Assembly (NCBI RefSeq): GCF_025526975.1
Contig: NW_026515668.1
Coordinates: forward strand, 1,550,001 to 1,614,000
Length of the DNA: 64,000 bases
Direction: 5' to 3'
Origin: Fimicolochytrium jonesii
Lineage: Eukaryota
The notes beneath the pieces were generated by a model, which was given only the letters and a program-made list of their open reading frames with translations, was not told the DNA's origin and searched no databases. Below, piece by piece: positions 49,601 to 61,692 of this stretch (position 1 is its first letter; each line of letters opens with the position of its first letter). The translations under genes were made by a program, and so were the position numbers.

Positions 49601-52239
49601 GGTGTAGCCGGCGTTGAATCACATGTGGCGGCCAAGGGCTTACGGTCATCGGGAACAGCTTCTTTGATGGGCGCGACGCTATCCTCTAACTTGACCTTCT
49701 TCAACGTCGGCGTGGAGGGGCCGCCGGAGATAACGTCATCGGGTTCCCCTGCAGTACCAGTTTCTGCATCTGACAATGTGCGCTTTCGACGTGCGCGCGC
49801 CGCTTTCGAGGCTTCATCAGTGGGAAGATCCTCAACGGTCGGAATGACAAGTGCGGCCTCCTGCGCTTTCTTCGCTTCTTCCTGAGCAAAGATCCACGCC
49901 TTCAAACCGCGCTTCCGACGCGGTGGGCTCTCGGCGCGTGCCTCAACCTCGCTGATTTCCCGTTTGCGGCCTTTCGCGATTTGTTCTGCTGTTTCTTCAC
50001 CTGCGACGGATGGCTGAAGAGACGATGCGCCCGACCTCGACGGCCGGTCAGGCTCGCTTCCAGGTGTTCCTTCCGTGCTTCCTTGCCTGGTGCGTCTGCG
50101 TCGTGGCGTGCCCTCTGTTTCCCGCGCGTCATCAAAGTCGTCGCCGTCTGCTTCACCTCCGCCAGAAGTCGTCCTACGTCGACCTTGTCGTTGTTTCTTC
50201 TTCTCGGCTTCTTTCTCCATGCGTTCGATGCGTGCTAGCTGGTCTTGGAGTTTCTTCTCCTCGCGTGATAGGGGTTTGCTGCTATCTCCACTCGCAGCGG
50301 GCTTACTATTTGTTCTCGTAGGTGCAGCTTCGGAGGCTTTCGCTTTTGGCGCATCAGCTTCGTCTTCACTCATTGGTTCGCCACGTGACGAGTTGTTGCG
50401 TCTATGTCTTGCAGACCGGCAACGCTGTCCATCTTCTTCCACTGGCTCATCGGATTCTTCACCTCGAACCATCCTCTCATACAGAACCCTCGCCTTTGCA
50501 GTGCGACAGATGCGCGGGTTACTACACACGCAAGGATACCCTGCCACCTTCAAATCGGATTCAGAGCCTAGCGCGGGTCCAAGGACGATCTCCTCTGTTG
50601 CGGAGATGTCACGTGTGGCATAGATAGCTAACAGTAGACGAGCATTGAGAGGTGCTGCTTTAATCGTGGATTTGCGCGTGGTCGGTCTGGGTGTCTCTGT
50701 CGGTTCCGCGGGCTCCGGTGGAACGGGATCTACAATCTGATAGGTAATGATACTGCGAAGCTCAGCGTTGCATACTTCATCCTCGTCCTTGCCTGCACCG
50801 CAATGACGGCGGACGTTCCTTCCACCGCGCTCGCCAGCGCCGCGGGCGTCAACGACGAGACGTTCGGCGTGACTGCTTGGGCGGAAAATGTGTGGGAAAA
50901 CGAATGCAGGGTATACTTCTCCACCTTTTGCCTCGATGACAGGGAGGCCGCCGGACTTTCCAAGTTTCGAGAGGAACGTGAGACTGCCTTTGATATCGGT
51001 GATGAACGCTCCTTCGGGAATATCGGCCGTCGCAAACAGTCCGTAATCAATCAAACTGCCTGGCAGTACTCGAGGGTCGATGTTATCATCATACCCGTCA
51101 ACCGGAATCGGATCGCAAACTGCCACAGGAATTCGGTTTTCAAGCCATTGTGCCCGGATCGGGGTCAACTCCGTATTTGGAGGCTTCAGAACATCCGCCA
51201 TATCTGCTGCATTTTCTTTCGATGACGCAAAGTGTTCCGCTATCTTTTTGAGAGCATCGCTTTGATCCCACTCGGTGCAGAGTTTTTCGACCAAAGTGGC
51301 AACGCGAGGCTCCGCAAATCGAGTGTAAGATAGCTCCGCAAATGTGTGCAAGGAGTGACGATATTCGTCGTCGAGTGGATTGCTGGCATGCCGTGCCGGC
51401 ATTGATCTGCCATGCGATGGCGACAGGTTCGAGTTATGTTGTCGTTGGGTATATATGAGTTGATGTTGCTGGGAAAATGGGACACGTTGTCGCCGCGCCG
51501 ATCCTCGCGGTTGCTCTTTGTCCTTTCTCGAAACTTCTGGCGACCTTTCCGGAGCGTCATTTATTTGTGCGTTTGTACCCTCGGTGCGAGCCTTGGGACG
51601 GCCTCGTCCGCGAGCAGTTTTGGCTTCACGCCTTCTCGGCAGAGTCTCTCTTTCTTTGTCTGGGACGTTGGAAGCTCGACTCCTTTGCAACCTGCTGGGT
51701 CGCGATGATGAGCCTCCTCCCTGCGGTGTTCCAGCCCCTCGCTCTCTTTCCCTTTGAGATGGACCCCTTGAAGATGTTCGAGTGCGCTCTCTTTGTCGTC
51801 TCTGCAGTTCGACGGCCTTTTCAGCGTCTAAAGGCCGAGGCTTGCATTTTTCGCAGTAGTATTTCTCTGGCACGTCATTCGGGTCGATACCGACGCAAAG
51901 CATGTGCTGCCAAACGCCGCATTTATCGCAAGCAATCGTATTGCCGTCGTCATCGTTATAGTGACAGATGCAGCGTATGACCTCCTCGTTCTCGTCATCT
52001 TCTTCATCTCCTTCTGCGTCTCCTTCCTCATCTTCTCCTGCATTCAGATTATCATCGAGCTCGTCGGCCGAGTCTGATTGTCGTACAATGTCCATAGGGG
52101 TCGCTTGGCGGTTTCGGTCAAGGTCCATTCTCAGGCTCGCTCTACCATCTCGCCCGGCCGCTTTCTGGAGAAGGTCATCGTTGATCTCCTCTCCGTCGAA
52201 ACCGACCCGGGGTCCGGTCGCAATATCGTTTCCGTACAT
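46603..52239 (-). CDS. PHD-finger plus degenerate SET-domain chromatin protein (Set3/Set4/MLL5-like) with a long Arg/Pro-rich tail
   Basis: PHD finger IRCICHYNDDDGNTIACDKCGVWQHMLCV..YYCEKC. SET-like blocks YGLFATADI, VDAR..G...NVRRHC and IYATRDISATEEI. The start codon is uncertain; I used the first in-frame ATG. Confidence 0.8.
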   Translation of the reverse strand: MYGNDIATGPRVGFDGEEINDDLLQKAAGRDGRASLRMDLDRNRQATPMDIVRQSDSADELDDNLNAGEDEEGDAEGDEEDDENEEVIRCICHYNDDDGNTIACDKCGVWQHMLCVGIDPNDVPEKYYCEKCKPRPLDAEKAVELQRRQRERTRTSSRGPSQRERERGAGTPQGGGSSSRPSRLQRSRASNVPDKERETLPRRREAKTARGRGRPKARTEGTNAQINDAPERSPEVSRKDKEQPRGSARRQRVPFSQQHQLIYTQRQHNSNLSPSHGRSMPARHASNPLDDEYRHSLHTFAELSYTRFAEPRVATLVEKLCTEWDQSDALKKIAEHFASSKENAADMADVLKPPNTELTPIRAQWLENRIPVAVCDPIPVDGYDDNIDPRVLPGSLIDYGLFATADIPEGAFITDIKGSLTFLSKLGKSGGLPVIEAKGGEVYPAFVFPHIFRPSSHAERLVVDARGAGERGGRNVRRHCGAGKDEDEVCNAELRSIITYQIVDPVPPEPAEPTETPRPTTRKSTIKAAPLNARLLLAIYATRDISATEEIVLGPALGSESDLKVAGYPCVCSNPRICRTAKARVLYERMVRGEESDEPVEEDGQRCRSARHRRNNSSRGEPMSEDEADAPKAKASEAAPTRTNSKPAASGDSSKPLSREEKKLQDQLARIERMEKEAEKKKQRQGRRRTTSGGGEADGDDFDDARETEGTPRRRRTRQGSTEGTPGSEPDRPSRSGASSLQPSVAGEETAEQIAKGRKREISEVEARAESPPRRKRGLKAWIFAQEEAKKAQEAALVIPTVEDLPTDEASKAARARRKRTLSDAETGTAGEPDDVISGGPSTPTLKKVKLEDSVAPIKEAVPDDRKPLAATCDSTPATPAFVPPPVIRKVSLAEFMAKKRLKMEAAAAVSATASTLTSAVTTPLSSAPDTPLITAAVLDPFNPASESPFPTTGVSSASVLGNVNENKSSSFVSSLPRVDEIPEQRATVSVSVVSVTSVARAEERRRSVSVGPLHGTQEGPTEGRKEGPNSADQGSKGSNHFPIQAVTGLASIYGTTTQPPQDEPNSPHARRNGGRALFPPGEQAHGTLTGPSAGARRLSRGAGQEPEHDWHSRRSSIISNSGHPTFPRRPQVSPTIPHGSFRGPAPGRSPSRVSPPPASKYKQTASAYPNYRPPPPSSPNMSRPEPGFNPYGPGGAPAFPQQLYGPERIERPPPHFRRPPPRYPHGPPLPMHAGAGPRDYYDQRHGPPHAPGPHEGEFDYANERMRDPRDPYLAPAPRGDPRDRDPELREREWDREGARELEAGRHGGGPPMWAPSGRGRRRSWGQRDPRGFPAPPGPGPGGEWDQPCEPLERSDWVDSRERDPREQNLRERERLDRERFGHPGDGYGGPGPHLMAGDGNRERGNSPVHMRRASITSATVGGTTPRSAQEPPRGFQDRPTVQVSARPRSLSPNRGAHLDRMDIDEPVSLRQNSPLPTSDRRDGQRDDKDARLRRADIMDPGRREYLETDDRRSRPASPASRISARSRSRSRSVSRSRSRSISRSPTPPPRRLRVVSLEDTRGSIGSGRGLEGEQDRDSMPSYNGSRSGSRSPSTSSRTGTNSGSLSSELEYRGEAPGNPADGPMSALSPRYGARPYPRRRRGRRRSRTPLRGIGMDGGRDFVRRVVSLDRDDEDIPDGGPRKEDDDLYPPRRTDPDGGFHPRPGYRPELHPERSYRPSYGASGPSSASVSVTGDPMELTDRDRDRDRDEERDRDRRPSSAQTIRPALRDRLQQRSRVSSTSPPPTLSSFLGRDRVSGWDVRGPVGPEVVGGPLRPAREYETGGRPTRGGRGGGPRGRGRRGLGHHHVEGGPGGGGERMSSQEFWERTGRSYRPDYSK

Positions 52240-52569
52240 TCTACGTTTGTCGTTGAACTGGCAATCCACCAATTTTGGGAAACGACGTGTATATGCAGGC
52301 GATTTTCGAAAGTGTGGCCAGGCTTCAGTGTTCGAGTGTGCTCTCTCCTGCTGCCCTTCCTACAGCTGTTCGGCTCGATATGCGCTGCGCTGGCTCGTCG
52401 CTCCGATGAGTCAAATCGAGACCTCGAGAGGCACAGAGTGCCAAATCCTGCCGCACCAACTACCACTGCACAGCGCTAGTCATCTGTCTCCTAAACAAAC
52501 TACCCTGCAAGCGCACTAGCTAAAGGGTTACGATACCAGGCTGAACGACGGACAAGGGTAGGATTATGT

Positions 52570-53199
52570 TTAAGAGAGGCTTGGCATCGGAAACGCTTGA
52601 ATTGAGGTGGGGAAGGTGGGAATAAGGTCCAGCGAGGGGCAACCGACAGGTGGCGCTCGCGTGGCGCAGAGTGGCGGCCCCTCGGCGATTTTGGTTGGGA
52701 TCTTGAGGAATATTCCCTGTTTGGAGCTTGGAGGATTCGCGGAGCATGCTCGTTCAACCTGTTCAACCTGCAGATAATCTAGATCTGAAGTCCATGAACC
52801 GGTGAACGAGGATGCCAATGGTCGGGTTGCAACAAGTACCGGCTCGTGAGGATCTTCTACCGCACACCCATCTCCGCCATGTCCAAGAAGGACAAAATGG
52901 AGTTCTGTCCGCGGACACCAGAGTTTGGTGAAGTCTACAATATGGGAAGTATCGAAAGAGTTGTCCCAAACAGCATGATGCTCCAAACGATAGTTCCAAG
53001 CGACACGATCAGGATGGCTTAGGAGCGTAGTGTCCAACGAATCGATCATGGCAACGTCGATGAGAATGACATGGTGATACAGCTGCTTGATAAACGTATT
53101 ATGGCACTGTCGGCTGGCACACGCAAGGTTCTTCAAAGTCGCAGGAGATGCACACTTTGCGAGTTCGCAAATGATTTCGAACGGTAGGTGGGAAGGCAT
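52570..53199 (-). CDS. Short F-box-like ORF (possibly truncated or a pseudogene)
   Basis: The N-terminus MPSHLPFEIICELAKCASPATLKNLACASRQCH..LYHHV fits the F-box pattern. The rest is unrecognisable. Confidence 0.45.
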   Translation of the reverse strand: MPSHLPFEIICELAKCASPATLKNLACASRQCHNTFIKQLYHHVILIDVAMIDSLDTTLLSHPDRVAWNYRLEHHAVWDNSFDTSHIVDFTKLWCPRTELHFVLLGHGGDGCAVEDPHEPVLVATRPLASSFTGSWTSDLDYLQVEQVERACSANPPSSKQGIFLKIPTKIAEGPPLCATRAPPVGCPSLDLIPTFPTSIQAFPMPSLS

Positions 53200-53561
53200 A
53201 TTGGGCTCTGAGTTTCTTTGAGCGCAGAGGCTTGGTATCGATGGAATTGCTGCAGATGGAACGAGCCACAACGATGAAACTGCATCGTGCAGAGTCTGGT
53301 TGTCTCACCGGCATTCGGACGGGACCGAGACTGAAAGGAGGCTCTGAGGAGGCGCTCCATAAGGTTTTTCCCGACCGCTCGCCATGTGTCGAATGCCGTC
53401 AAACGCGCATCCCCGCTTCTCGTTGGAACTTGGACTGCTCGGGCTGCGGTCAACCTCGCCAGCATCTTTGAACCTGTTGAACTTTACCGCCGTCCCATTT
53501 GAATACCAAGAACTGTCCAACAAGAGCGGGCTTAGTGAACTAAACAGCAAGTCCAGTCAAA

Positions 53562-54821
53562 ATGAGCCCGATGCTAGTCTTTTCTGACTTCGACGGGTAA
53601 GCTGTTCAGCCTCGTAATTTTGTCGTGGATATGGGCTTTCCGCTCTTTACACTCTCTGCAGGACAATATGTGTTCGGGATACCGGCACTGTCATCATCGA
53701 TACCGGAATGGGATACGACGCTCGTCGAGCTCTGGGTCAGTAAATCCGGGGACGATATCTTTTGGCAGTGGGGTTCAGTGGCAGGCGTGGCGAAAAGCTC
53801 CGCGTGTCGACAGAATGCTTTGTTGAGGGAAACTGATGAAATGTGGAAGGCTGGCGGATAAGCTTCTGCGAAGCTGGGATCTGTGAGCAGAGCCTTGGAC
53901 GCCCGATGACTTGGCCGGAACAGATGGTTTTCTCAACCAACCACCGTCTAGGACGGCGACGGGGAAGATGGTCGCCTTGTCTGACGCGTTTAGTGCGCTC
54001 TCATTAGATCTTCAGATCCTCAACGGAACAATCTCCTTCCGGGACGGCGTGCGTCAGATGTTCGACAGGTAAGCTGCGTCATGAAACTTATATCATGTGC
54101 TGACAATCGAAATCACCATCTTCACCGTCAAACCCAGCGTCACCATCACATGGAACGAGGCCGTCAAGCTCCTTCACGGCGCCCCGCTTGATCCACACTT
54201 CGCAGCCCTCCACGATCTCTGCAAAGAGAAGAAGATTCCACTGACCGTGCTAAGCAGCGGGATCAAGCCGTTGATTGCAAAGCATTTGGAGGACTATCTG
54301 GTCACCGAGGATGCCGAGAAGGAGGAGGAGCAGGGCATCATGACGCTGGTGGCGAATGACGTGGATTACGTGGAGGCTGAGGACGGGAAGAGTGGGAAGT
54401 GGAATTTTCTTTTCCGGGATGACACGTAAGTGACGAGAGGCCCCGCGTGGTAACTGCCGGGACCATTTATGGGAGAAACGGACGCAACCAACCTTTACCA
54501 TCGCTACCTCTTCGTCGACGCTTATCTTATTGTCTTTTAACAAGCCCACATGGCCATGACAAAGGACTGTCCATCAAAAACTACATAACCGAGTACCAGC
54601 GCACACACAGGGCCCCCAACAACCAGCGGCCATACGTCGTGTTCATTGGCGACGGCATATCGGACATTTCTGCGGCTAGGGAGGCCGACATCATCTTCGC
54701 TAAGCGTGGAAAGGACTTGGAGACTTGGTGCGTCAATTCGAAGGTGGACTATGTGCCGTGGGACGATTTTGGGATTGTTGTGGACACTGTGAGGCGGAAG
54801 TATGTGGAACTCGTCCAGTGA
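53562..54821 (+). CDS. HAD-superfamily phosphatase (MtnX / yeast Pyp1-like), 5 exons
   Basis: Spliced motif I VFSDFDG|TI (intron 53597-53661), then ISFRDGVRQMF, VLSSG (motif II), GHDK (motif III) and FIGDGISD (motif IV). Confidence 0.85.
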
Positions 54822-55160
54822 ATGAGGAGAGGCGTATAGGGAGAGACGTTAGATCTGGACGAGGCATCAGGATAGACTGGGAAATTCAGATTTGTTTATA
54901 GATCTTCAGGACTGAATCGAAATTGGGGCCCTTGCTGAGATAGTAACGGGTGGAAATCAGTGAGCAAAATGTCCTCAGGAAGCCTTGAGAGTCGGAGCAC
55001 GTGAACGTAGGAGATATGTCCAAGAAGGGTAACTCCGCGCACAAGAGCACGGATGAGCGTTTTTTGCTATGATATTAAAAGGCGCCGTTGCATGGGGACT
55101 CTACATAGAGTAATTGTTGTGACTTAATGCTCGACTGGACGATACCACGCCACATCCGCT

Positions 55161-58100
55161 TCAGAGTGCAGACCAGGGCCCTTGTGTATCTCCCGAATTA
55201 GAGTCATGATCCGGCGTGGTTCGCAGTCTACCCAGGGCCGACTTTGACTTTCCGAATTTGGTACATTCTTCTCCCGGTCGTTCCGTCAACGACAGTCGCG
55301 GCGTGCCCACCTCCGACACCCGTGCTACCGACGGCACACCCGCGCTCTTCTGCCGTCTATGGAATCCCCGCACTGGCCTGCTTGTCGGCGGAGGAGGCTC
55401 CACCGCCTCTATCGGCGGCAACCCGATCAAAGAGCAGTGGGACCTCAACACCTTCGAAGCGCCTTCATCCTGCGAGAACGAGAACCCGCGATTCCGCAGC
55501 GTTTCCCCGGTGCGCATCATGGATACTTGACCGCCACCCGGGCTCGTCACCTCGAGAATCCCAGGGCTATTCACATCCGTTCTGGATGCTACCATGCTCC
55601 GCCCGAGCCTGGACATGGACGTGTGCACGGATACCGGGGTCGCCAAGTCGCGCAAGGATGGGATGGATCGGATGCTGTATCGGGTGCTCACGCGTCGAGT
55701 GTCCATCAGAGATGTTGCGATTGGTGATGGCGTGCCGCCGGAGTTGTGCAGACCCGACCTGCTTGACGCGGGCGTGTTCATATCGCCCGACGACGGCCGG
55801 CTCAGGTTCAGCGGCGGAGGGATGGTTACCTGAGTCGTTGGAGGCTGCGATCCTCTCCGTAATGTGGCGGAGGTTGGTCGGGACAAATCCGCCTCGAGGC
55901 AAGGTATGGCTTCGATGAGGGTCGTGGGTATCGTACTTGGATCTTGCTGCTTGTCAACGAGGTCACGCACGTCGCGGGATCTGATCGATGAGTTTTCGCC
56001 GGTATGGAGGCCGCCCATTTCCAATTTCGCGTGGAAGTCCATGTCGCTGTCCAACGTATTTTCCAGGTAATTTGGCGGCCGCTCTTCTCGGTAGGGTTTG
56101 AAACTGCTTTGCCTCGATCGTCCTTCAGGTGGTACTTTTTGAGATGCGGACGCGCGATCTACTTCCACCATCTCCGACTCTTGCTTCGGCTGCAGCCGGT
56201 TCGGTAGCGTTTCAGACTCGAACACATCGTCCAGTCCCATATGTTGGATTTCCTGTACCAACTCGGTGTCGGTAGGCCAGAGTATTCTCCATCCATACTT
56301 GATGGCCAACTTTGGCAGCTGACATAGGACCGTGATCAGAGCGAAGGTGAGCCAAAACGATGCCGTCGATACGAGCTCGCCAATAATACCCCACAATGTG
56401 GAACCCGGGAAGAAGGAGTATAGCAGCGTCCAAGCGACAACGATAGCTTCCGAAATGCTGTATGCGAGCCACGTTATCCAACTGAACGAGTTGGTGTTCA
56501 CGACCACCACCAAGTTTGCGTTGATGACAGCTGTGATGGCCGCTGTGGTCCCCATCACCATAAGATCCGAAGCTCTGCCGCTCTTCCACATAGATGCATC
56601 GCTGTCCATGCCTCCTTTGACCATGAAGATGATGATCAAAGATTGATAGAACGCGTCAAGCATGTAGCCGACGAACCGCCAATAGGAAAACGTCCATTGA
56701 CGAGCGCTTTGGTACACGGGTGGAACTACCAGAGCGTATTTGGCTAAGATATCTTGGTCGAACACACCGAGGGTGATGACGGGTAGGGCGGTAAAAACCA
56801 CGTTATACAGCAAAGTATACGTGGAGTCGTATATCGCCTGCGCCGAGAACCCACAGTAGATCTGATACCAAAACAGGACCATCACCCATATGATGTTTTT
56901 GAAGAAGAAACACAGGATCATGTCCGCCGTTCGACGATACGACCACCGCCCATGTACCAGCAGCAGCTTGCTCAGGAACCTGAATTGCGCGATGGCATAG
57001 TCAGATGCCATGGCAGCTTGAAGGCCTTCCTCGCCCGCAATTCCGATGCCAATGTGGGCTGCCTGGATCATGCTGACATCATTCGCTCCGTCGCCGATAG
57101 CAAGACACATAGCTTTCTGGTTGGTCTTGACCAAATTGACGATCTGTGCTTTTTGCAGGGGAGAGACCCGACAGCAAATGACCGATGAACATAGAGTTGC
57201 CAGCTTTAGGAGTAGAGTGCGCGCCTTCTCGTTGTGAAGCGTTGATAAAAGAGCTGCTCCGTCAATGACGAGTCCGTACGACTCGCCCTCTGCTGCTGGC
57301 GGGTTCCCTGTCCCGCCTGGTTGCGCCTTCGGGTCTGTCACGTTGAGCTTTTGGCTACCGGATATATGTCCACCTTCTTCAAGGTCTGCGCCCAGATTTT
57401 TCTGGAACTGTGGTTGCGTCGCTGTTCGTGAATGTTGCTGTTGGAAAAAGTTCTGCAGTGCATGCTCCAGCTGCGATGTGACAGCATCTACGGCGCCTTC
57501 GCCCTGGTCTCCATCTTCCCCGCGCACGAGGATAAGGTGCATATCCCGTGTCAGCAAATTGCATGATAGGCCGATGTTGATAGCAGTCTCCAGCTTGTCC
57601 CCTGCGCAATTCATCGTAACTTTAGCGTCTGATGTCTGTCCAATCATACATCTTTTATCTGATTCTGTACCTGTCAGTACCCACACTTTGATCCCCGCGC
57701 TCATCAAAGTGGCTATGCATTCCGGAACGCCATCTTGCAGCTTGTCCTCAATCGCTGTCGCTCCGATCAGTTGCATATTGCGCTCGATTTCTTCAGTCAC
57801 TGCGTCAGTCCGTGATTCACGGTTGTCCAACGCAACGGTGGCAGCTTGATAAGCTTCCATCCATTTGAGGTAGGCCTCTTCAGCAAGGATAGTTCCAGCA
57901 ACGGAGAGGGTTCGCAAGCCTGAGAAAAGACCATGAGATTACGGCTCGCGAACTTCAAGAAAAAGGTATCCGTCGAGATGATCCTACTCATACCTTCTTC
58001 AGCAAAGTACTCCAAATGCTTCTCCGTCACCGCCTTCACCGTCTCCTGTCCGTCGGTCAATCTCGGCCAGATAACAGAGTCGGCCCCTTTGCAAATGAGC

Positions 58101-60419
58101 CACAGCTGCTTCTCCGGCGTCCGCACAATGACGCTCATCCGCTTTCTCGTAGAGTTGAATTCCAGCACATTCATCAACTCGTACTTTTTCATGGAGCCGT
58201 CGGGCAGGCGGACCGTCATGGTCGTGTTGTCGCGGCCGACAAATGTGTATCCTGCGAGCCGTGCAGCGTCCACCAGGGCAGCTTCGTCTGGAGAGGACGC
58301 CTTATACACTGGGTCACCGTTGTCATCTTTGGACACCAGGACCGAATGACAGATGGCCAGAGCGGTGAACAGCTCTCCAATCGCAGCATACTGAGTGGTA
58401 TCCGGCATCGACATATGAAGGCCCAAGAGGGAATCCCAAAACGCCGGCTTCGCAGCTTTCCCATTGTTATCCACATCGACTACACACATCTCCCCACCAT
58501 CTCCCTGCTCCACCTGCCCGATCCCTTCACCGTACACTACGCCAGACACGCTGAATTTTTTAAACTCCATGATGTTTCGGGTGAGCGTTCCGGTTTTGTC
58601 GGAAAACACGTAATCGATTTGCCCGAGATCGTCCGCGATCGCCCAGCTGCGGGGTATGCAGCGATGCGTGGGCGGATAGAACATGTCCATGTCCTCGTAA
58701 ATGAAATATGCCTGAAGAATTCGTGGATGTCAGACGGGATTTTAACAGATGATATCAACGCGTAGCTGACTCAAAAACACTGACCTGCGCTGTTTTTACA
58801 ATTTCGATGGTTATATACAAGGAAAGCGGAACGACATTTTGATAGATGATAATGCTATTCCTGTTGACGCAAATCCAGAGTCGGAGGGTAAGAATTGAAT
58901 TCCACAAAGTACGTGCTGAAGGTTTGACTCACGTACCAGAATGCGTCAAAAGCAGCCTCCGCGAGGCCCACAAAGTGAATATAGGTCCAGTCCAGCCACA
59001 GAGGCGATTTTTCCGACCAAGATCGTTCCCAAAGCGGATTCACTATGCATGTAGTGAGGCAGAGCAGGAACAGAACACCGAGGTTCACCAACACCTGCGT
59101 GTTCATTTTCCCCTCTGTGTTTGACCGTTTCATAGGAGTCTTCCCAGAATTTTGCCGGATCTTTGTTGATGCCCCGGTTTGCAACACCAGTCCAACGGCC
59201 CACTCAGTATTTCGGAGATAGCATCCACGAAGGAGGACGTTCATGATTGATAGCGGGACCAATAGCGGTGAGCTGTCTGACGGGACAATCGTGAAATTAG
59301 CTTTCGGTAGGGGAAGAACTGTGCTCCTTCGAGCGGAATGCGTCTAACCTTTAGCACTATCGTCTTTGAGCACGGCCAGCGTCCCCGTAAACGTATAGAG
59401 GCTGTTGTTGGGCTTCTCGCACGTCACTATGCATCGCAGATTCCCCAGAGTTTCGAGATCCTCGGAATCCAGGTATTGTGAGGTATATGGAACACCTTGC
59501 CGGATCTTGAGGTTCGTCTCTCCATCCAAATTCTTGGTTTCCACATAGCACAGCCCTTCTGGCTCGGATGTAGCCAGGATCAAGACGTCCGCGGGTATGG
59601 CGGTGTCGTTTTTCAACAAAATGAGATCGCCCGTCTCAATATCCGACCATGGCGTGCCTGCCCAGTTCAGCGTTCCTGGAGGAGGGGCAGGCTTTCCATC
59701 CACATGAGTTCCCTCTTCAGCCTTTTCGATACTGTTATCCGCAGTCCCGTCAGTCGATCCTAGTTTGTGCTGACGGTTGATCCCATTCAACGACGGCCCG
59801 GAAGGTGATATTCGGCCACTTTTTCTCCTGGTTTCCAAAAACTTTTTCGACTTTTGCCGCCGATGAAAGAACGGTTCGTTCGAATTTCGCCATCCGCTGC
59901 CTCGAAGGCAACAAGCTTCCGTGGCGTTCATCTCTGCATCGCTTTGATGTCGCTTCCAATCCTCAAATCCATCTTTGACTATCGTCAACCCAACAATGAC
60001 CACCAGCGGGAGCGCAGAGACGAATGGGTTCATGGTAGTGTATTTTGGGAAGAACTGAAGGATGGTGAGCCCGAGGAAATACAGATTGGCGACACGGCTG
60101 GAATACGAAGAAATTCATGCCAAAAAAAGAATCAATAATCATATCTTTTACATGCGTACACGGAACAAACAGCATCCACAGCTCTCATCCCATTCTCGGC
60201 TACATACCGGAACTGCTCGAAAAGAGTCTTGGGCAGAAAAGTCACAGCGGTGTATTTCGATGTATACACCGCGTTCGTCGGGAAGTTCTGCCGCGGTGCA
60301 CCATGCTCGTCCAGCAAGGATGCGGCAGGCACCGGCATGTTGACATAGACGGTCTGATGCGCATCCTTCTTGTCGTCGTCACCCTCACATCGCTTCCCCC
60401 GTGTTAGTTTGACATGCAT
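55161..60419 (-). CDS. P4-type ATPase phospholipid flippase (Dnf/Drs2 family), multi-exon
   Basis: TSKYT..TFLPK.LFEQF, ETKNLDGETNLK, DKTGTLT (phosphorylation site), EFNSTRKRMS, WVLTG|DK and GDGANDVSMIQ, plus C-terminal TM helices. The start is approximate. Confidence 0.92.
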
Positions 60420-60856
60420 GTTGGAGGCGTGGGAATTTCGTTTTTCAACGAAGCCTTGATAGCTTTAAGAATAAGACACTCCGGAAGACAGCAGCTTTCC
60501 CGAAGTTTGCACCCATGTTTATGCGGAGGTCGAAAGCCCTTGTAAGTTGTCGGACGTCGGAGAGGATTCCGATAAGCAGTAAGGTTAAGCTTGCGTGTAA
60601 AGTTCGACCTTGCAGCAATTAAGGTATTCGACGTCATTGCGGTGGGAGCGGCGATCTCAAGACTCTGCATTTCAGAACTGCAACTATCTGGTGTATAGGT
60701 CTCGTGCGGCTGATACATAGTAGGTACGGGCAGCTACTTCTACACAAACTTTCTATACGTACTGTATGCGGTCTGAAGTGGTCGTTAGCCGGAGGGGAGC
60801 ATGTTGAAGCTGGAGGAATGTCATGCGCTTCGCGTCAAACGGTGAACGAAGTACTA

Positions 60857-61692
60857 CAGTCAAGTCTCAGTTGACGGAAATTCAGTTGAAGGAAATTTTA
60901 GTTGACGGAAGAGGCAGCCTATACAGCCACGCCCAAAAGAGCCGCGCCGTAGAGCCTTCGAAACCTTCACCATCTCAAAGCATTTCACAGGCATGTTGCC
61001 CTCCCGAACTCCGAAAAAGCGCAATAAGAAACCCAGAGTCCTTCTGCCACTCAGTCAACAGCGTGAAGTGCTTCAGCAACTTGAAAATGGTGTCAACCCC
61101 TCAACCCTAGCCCGCAATCTTGGCGTGGCTCCCAGTACCGTCACCAGAATCCGCCAAGGAGGACCCAACATAATACCCCTGTCCAAAATACCGCCTTTTC
61201 CCACTCCCATTTAGCGGTATTCTTCTGCTGTCAATATACCTTTTTGTCACGGAAGTTCTCACCACCCAGGACCTCTGTTCAGCTTTGGAAATTTGGGCAT
61301 AGGTTCTCTCTGTACAGTTGCAATCCCTTTTTATGACAAGGAGAGATGGAGGGAGCCACGGGCCACCCGGTGCGCTGAAACCTTCTGCCATTTCCAAAAA
61401 ACAATGGCCCCATGCCACCCCCACCAAAAGTCAAGCTAACAATCACGCCTGGCCGTGCCGGCAGTGGTCATAGCTCTTCTAGTAGCAGAGGGCAACAGTG
61501 CCATTGCATTCTGTGGCAAAAAGTTTGGCAATTGCGAAGGATCTTGGCAGTGAGGATGAAGAGAACGACCGTTCTCCCGAGCTACCCAATTCTAACGCGA
61601 GTTACCCACTTCTAGTCACGCTCTCTGTTCAGTTGGCAGAAAATTCAGTTGGCGGAAAGGCCAAACCCTTTCCGTCAACTGAGACTTGACTG
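60857..61692 (+). mobile_element. Non-autonomous (internally deleted) pogo/Tigger-type Tc1/mariner DNA transposon, 836 bp
   Basis: Perfect 24-bp TIRs CAGTCAAGTCTCAGTTGACGGAAA (60857-60880) and its reverse complement (61669-61692), with TA on both flanks. Subterminal CAGTTGxxGGAAA repeats. Internal ORF 60993-61214 resembles a CENP-B/psq-type HTH. Confidence 0.92.

Noticed and set aside
53736..54007. Long HAD-phosphatase intron containing TGATGA and CTGA (possible C/D snoRNA)
   Set aside because: The CTGA coincides with the likely branch point (CTGAC), and I see no terminal stem or rRNA-complementary guide.
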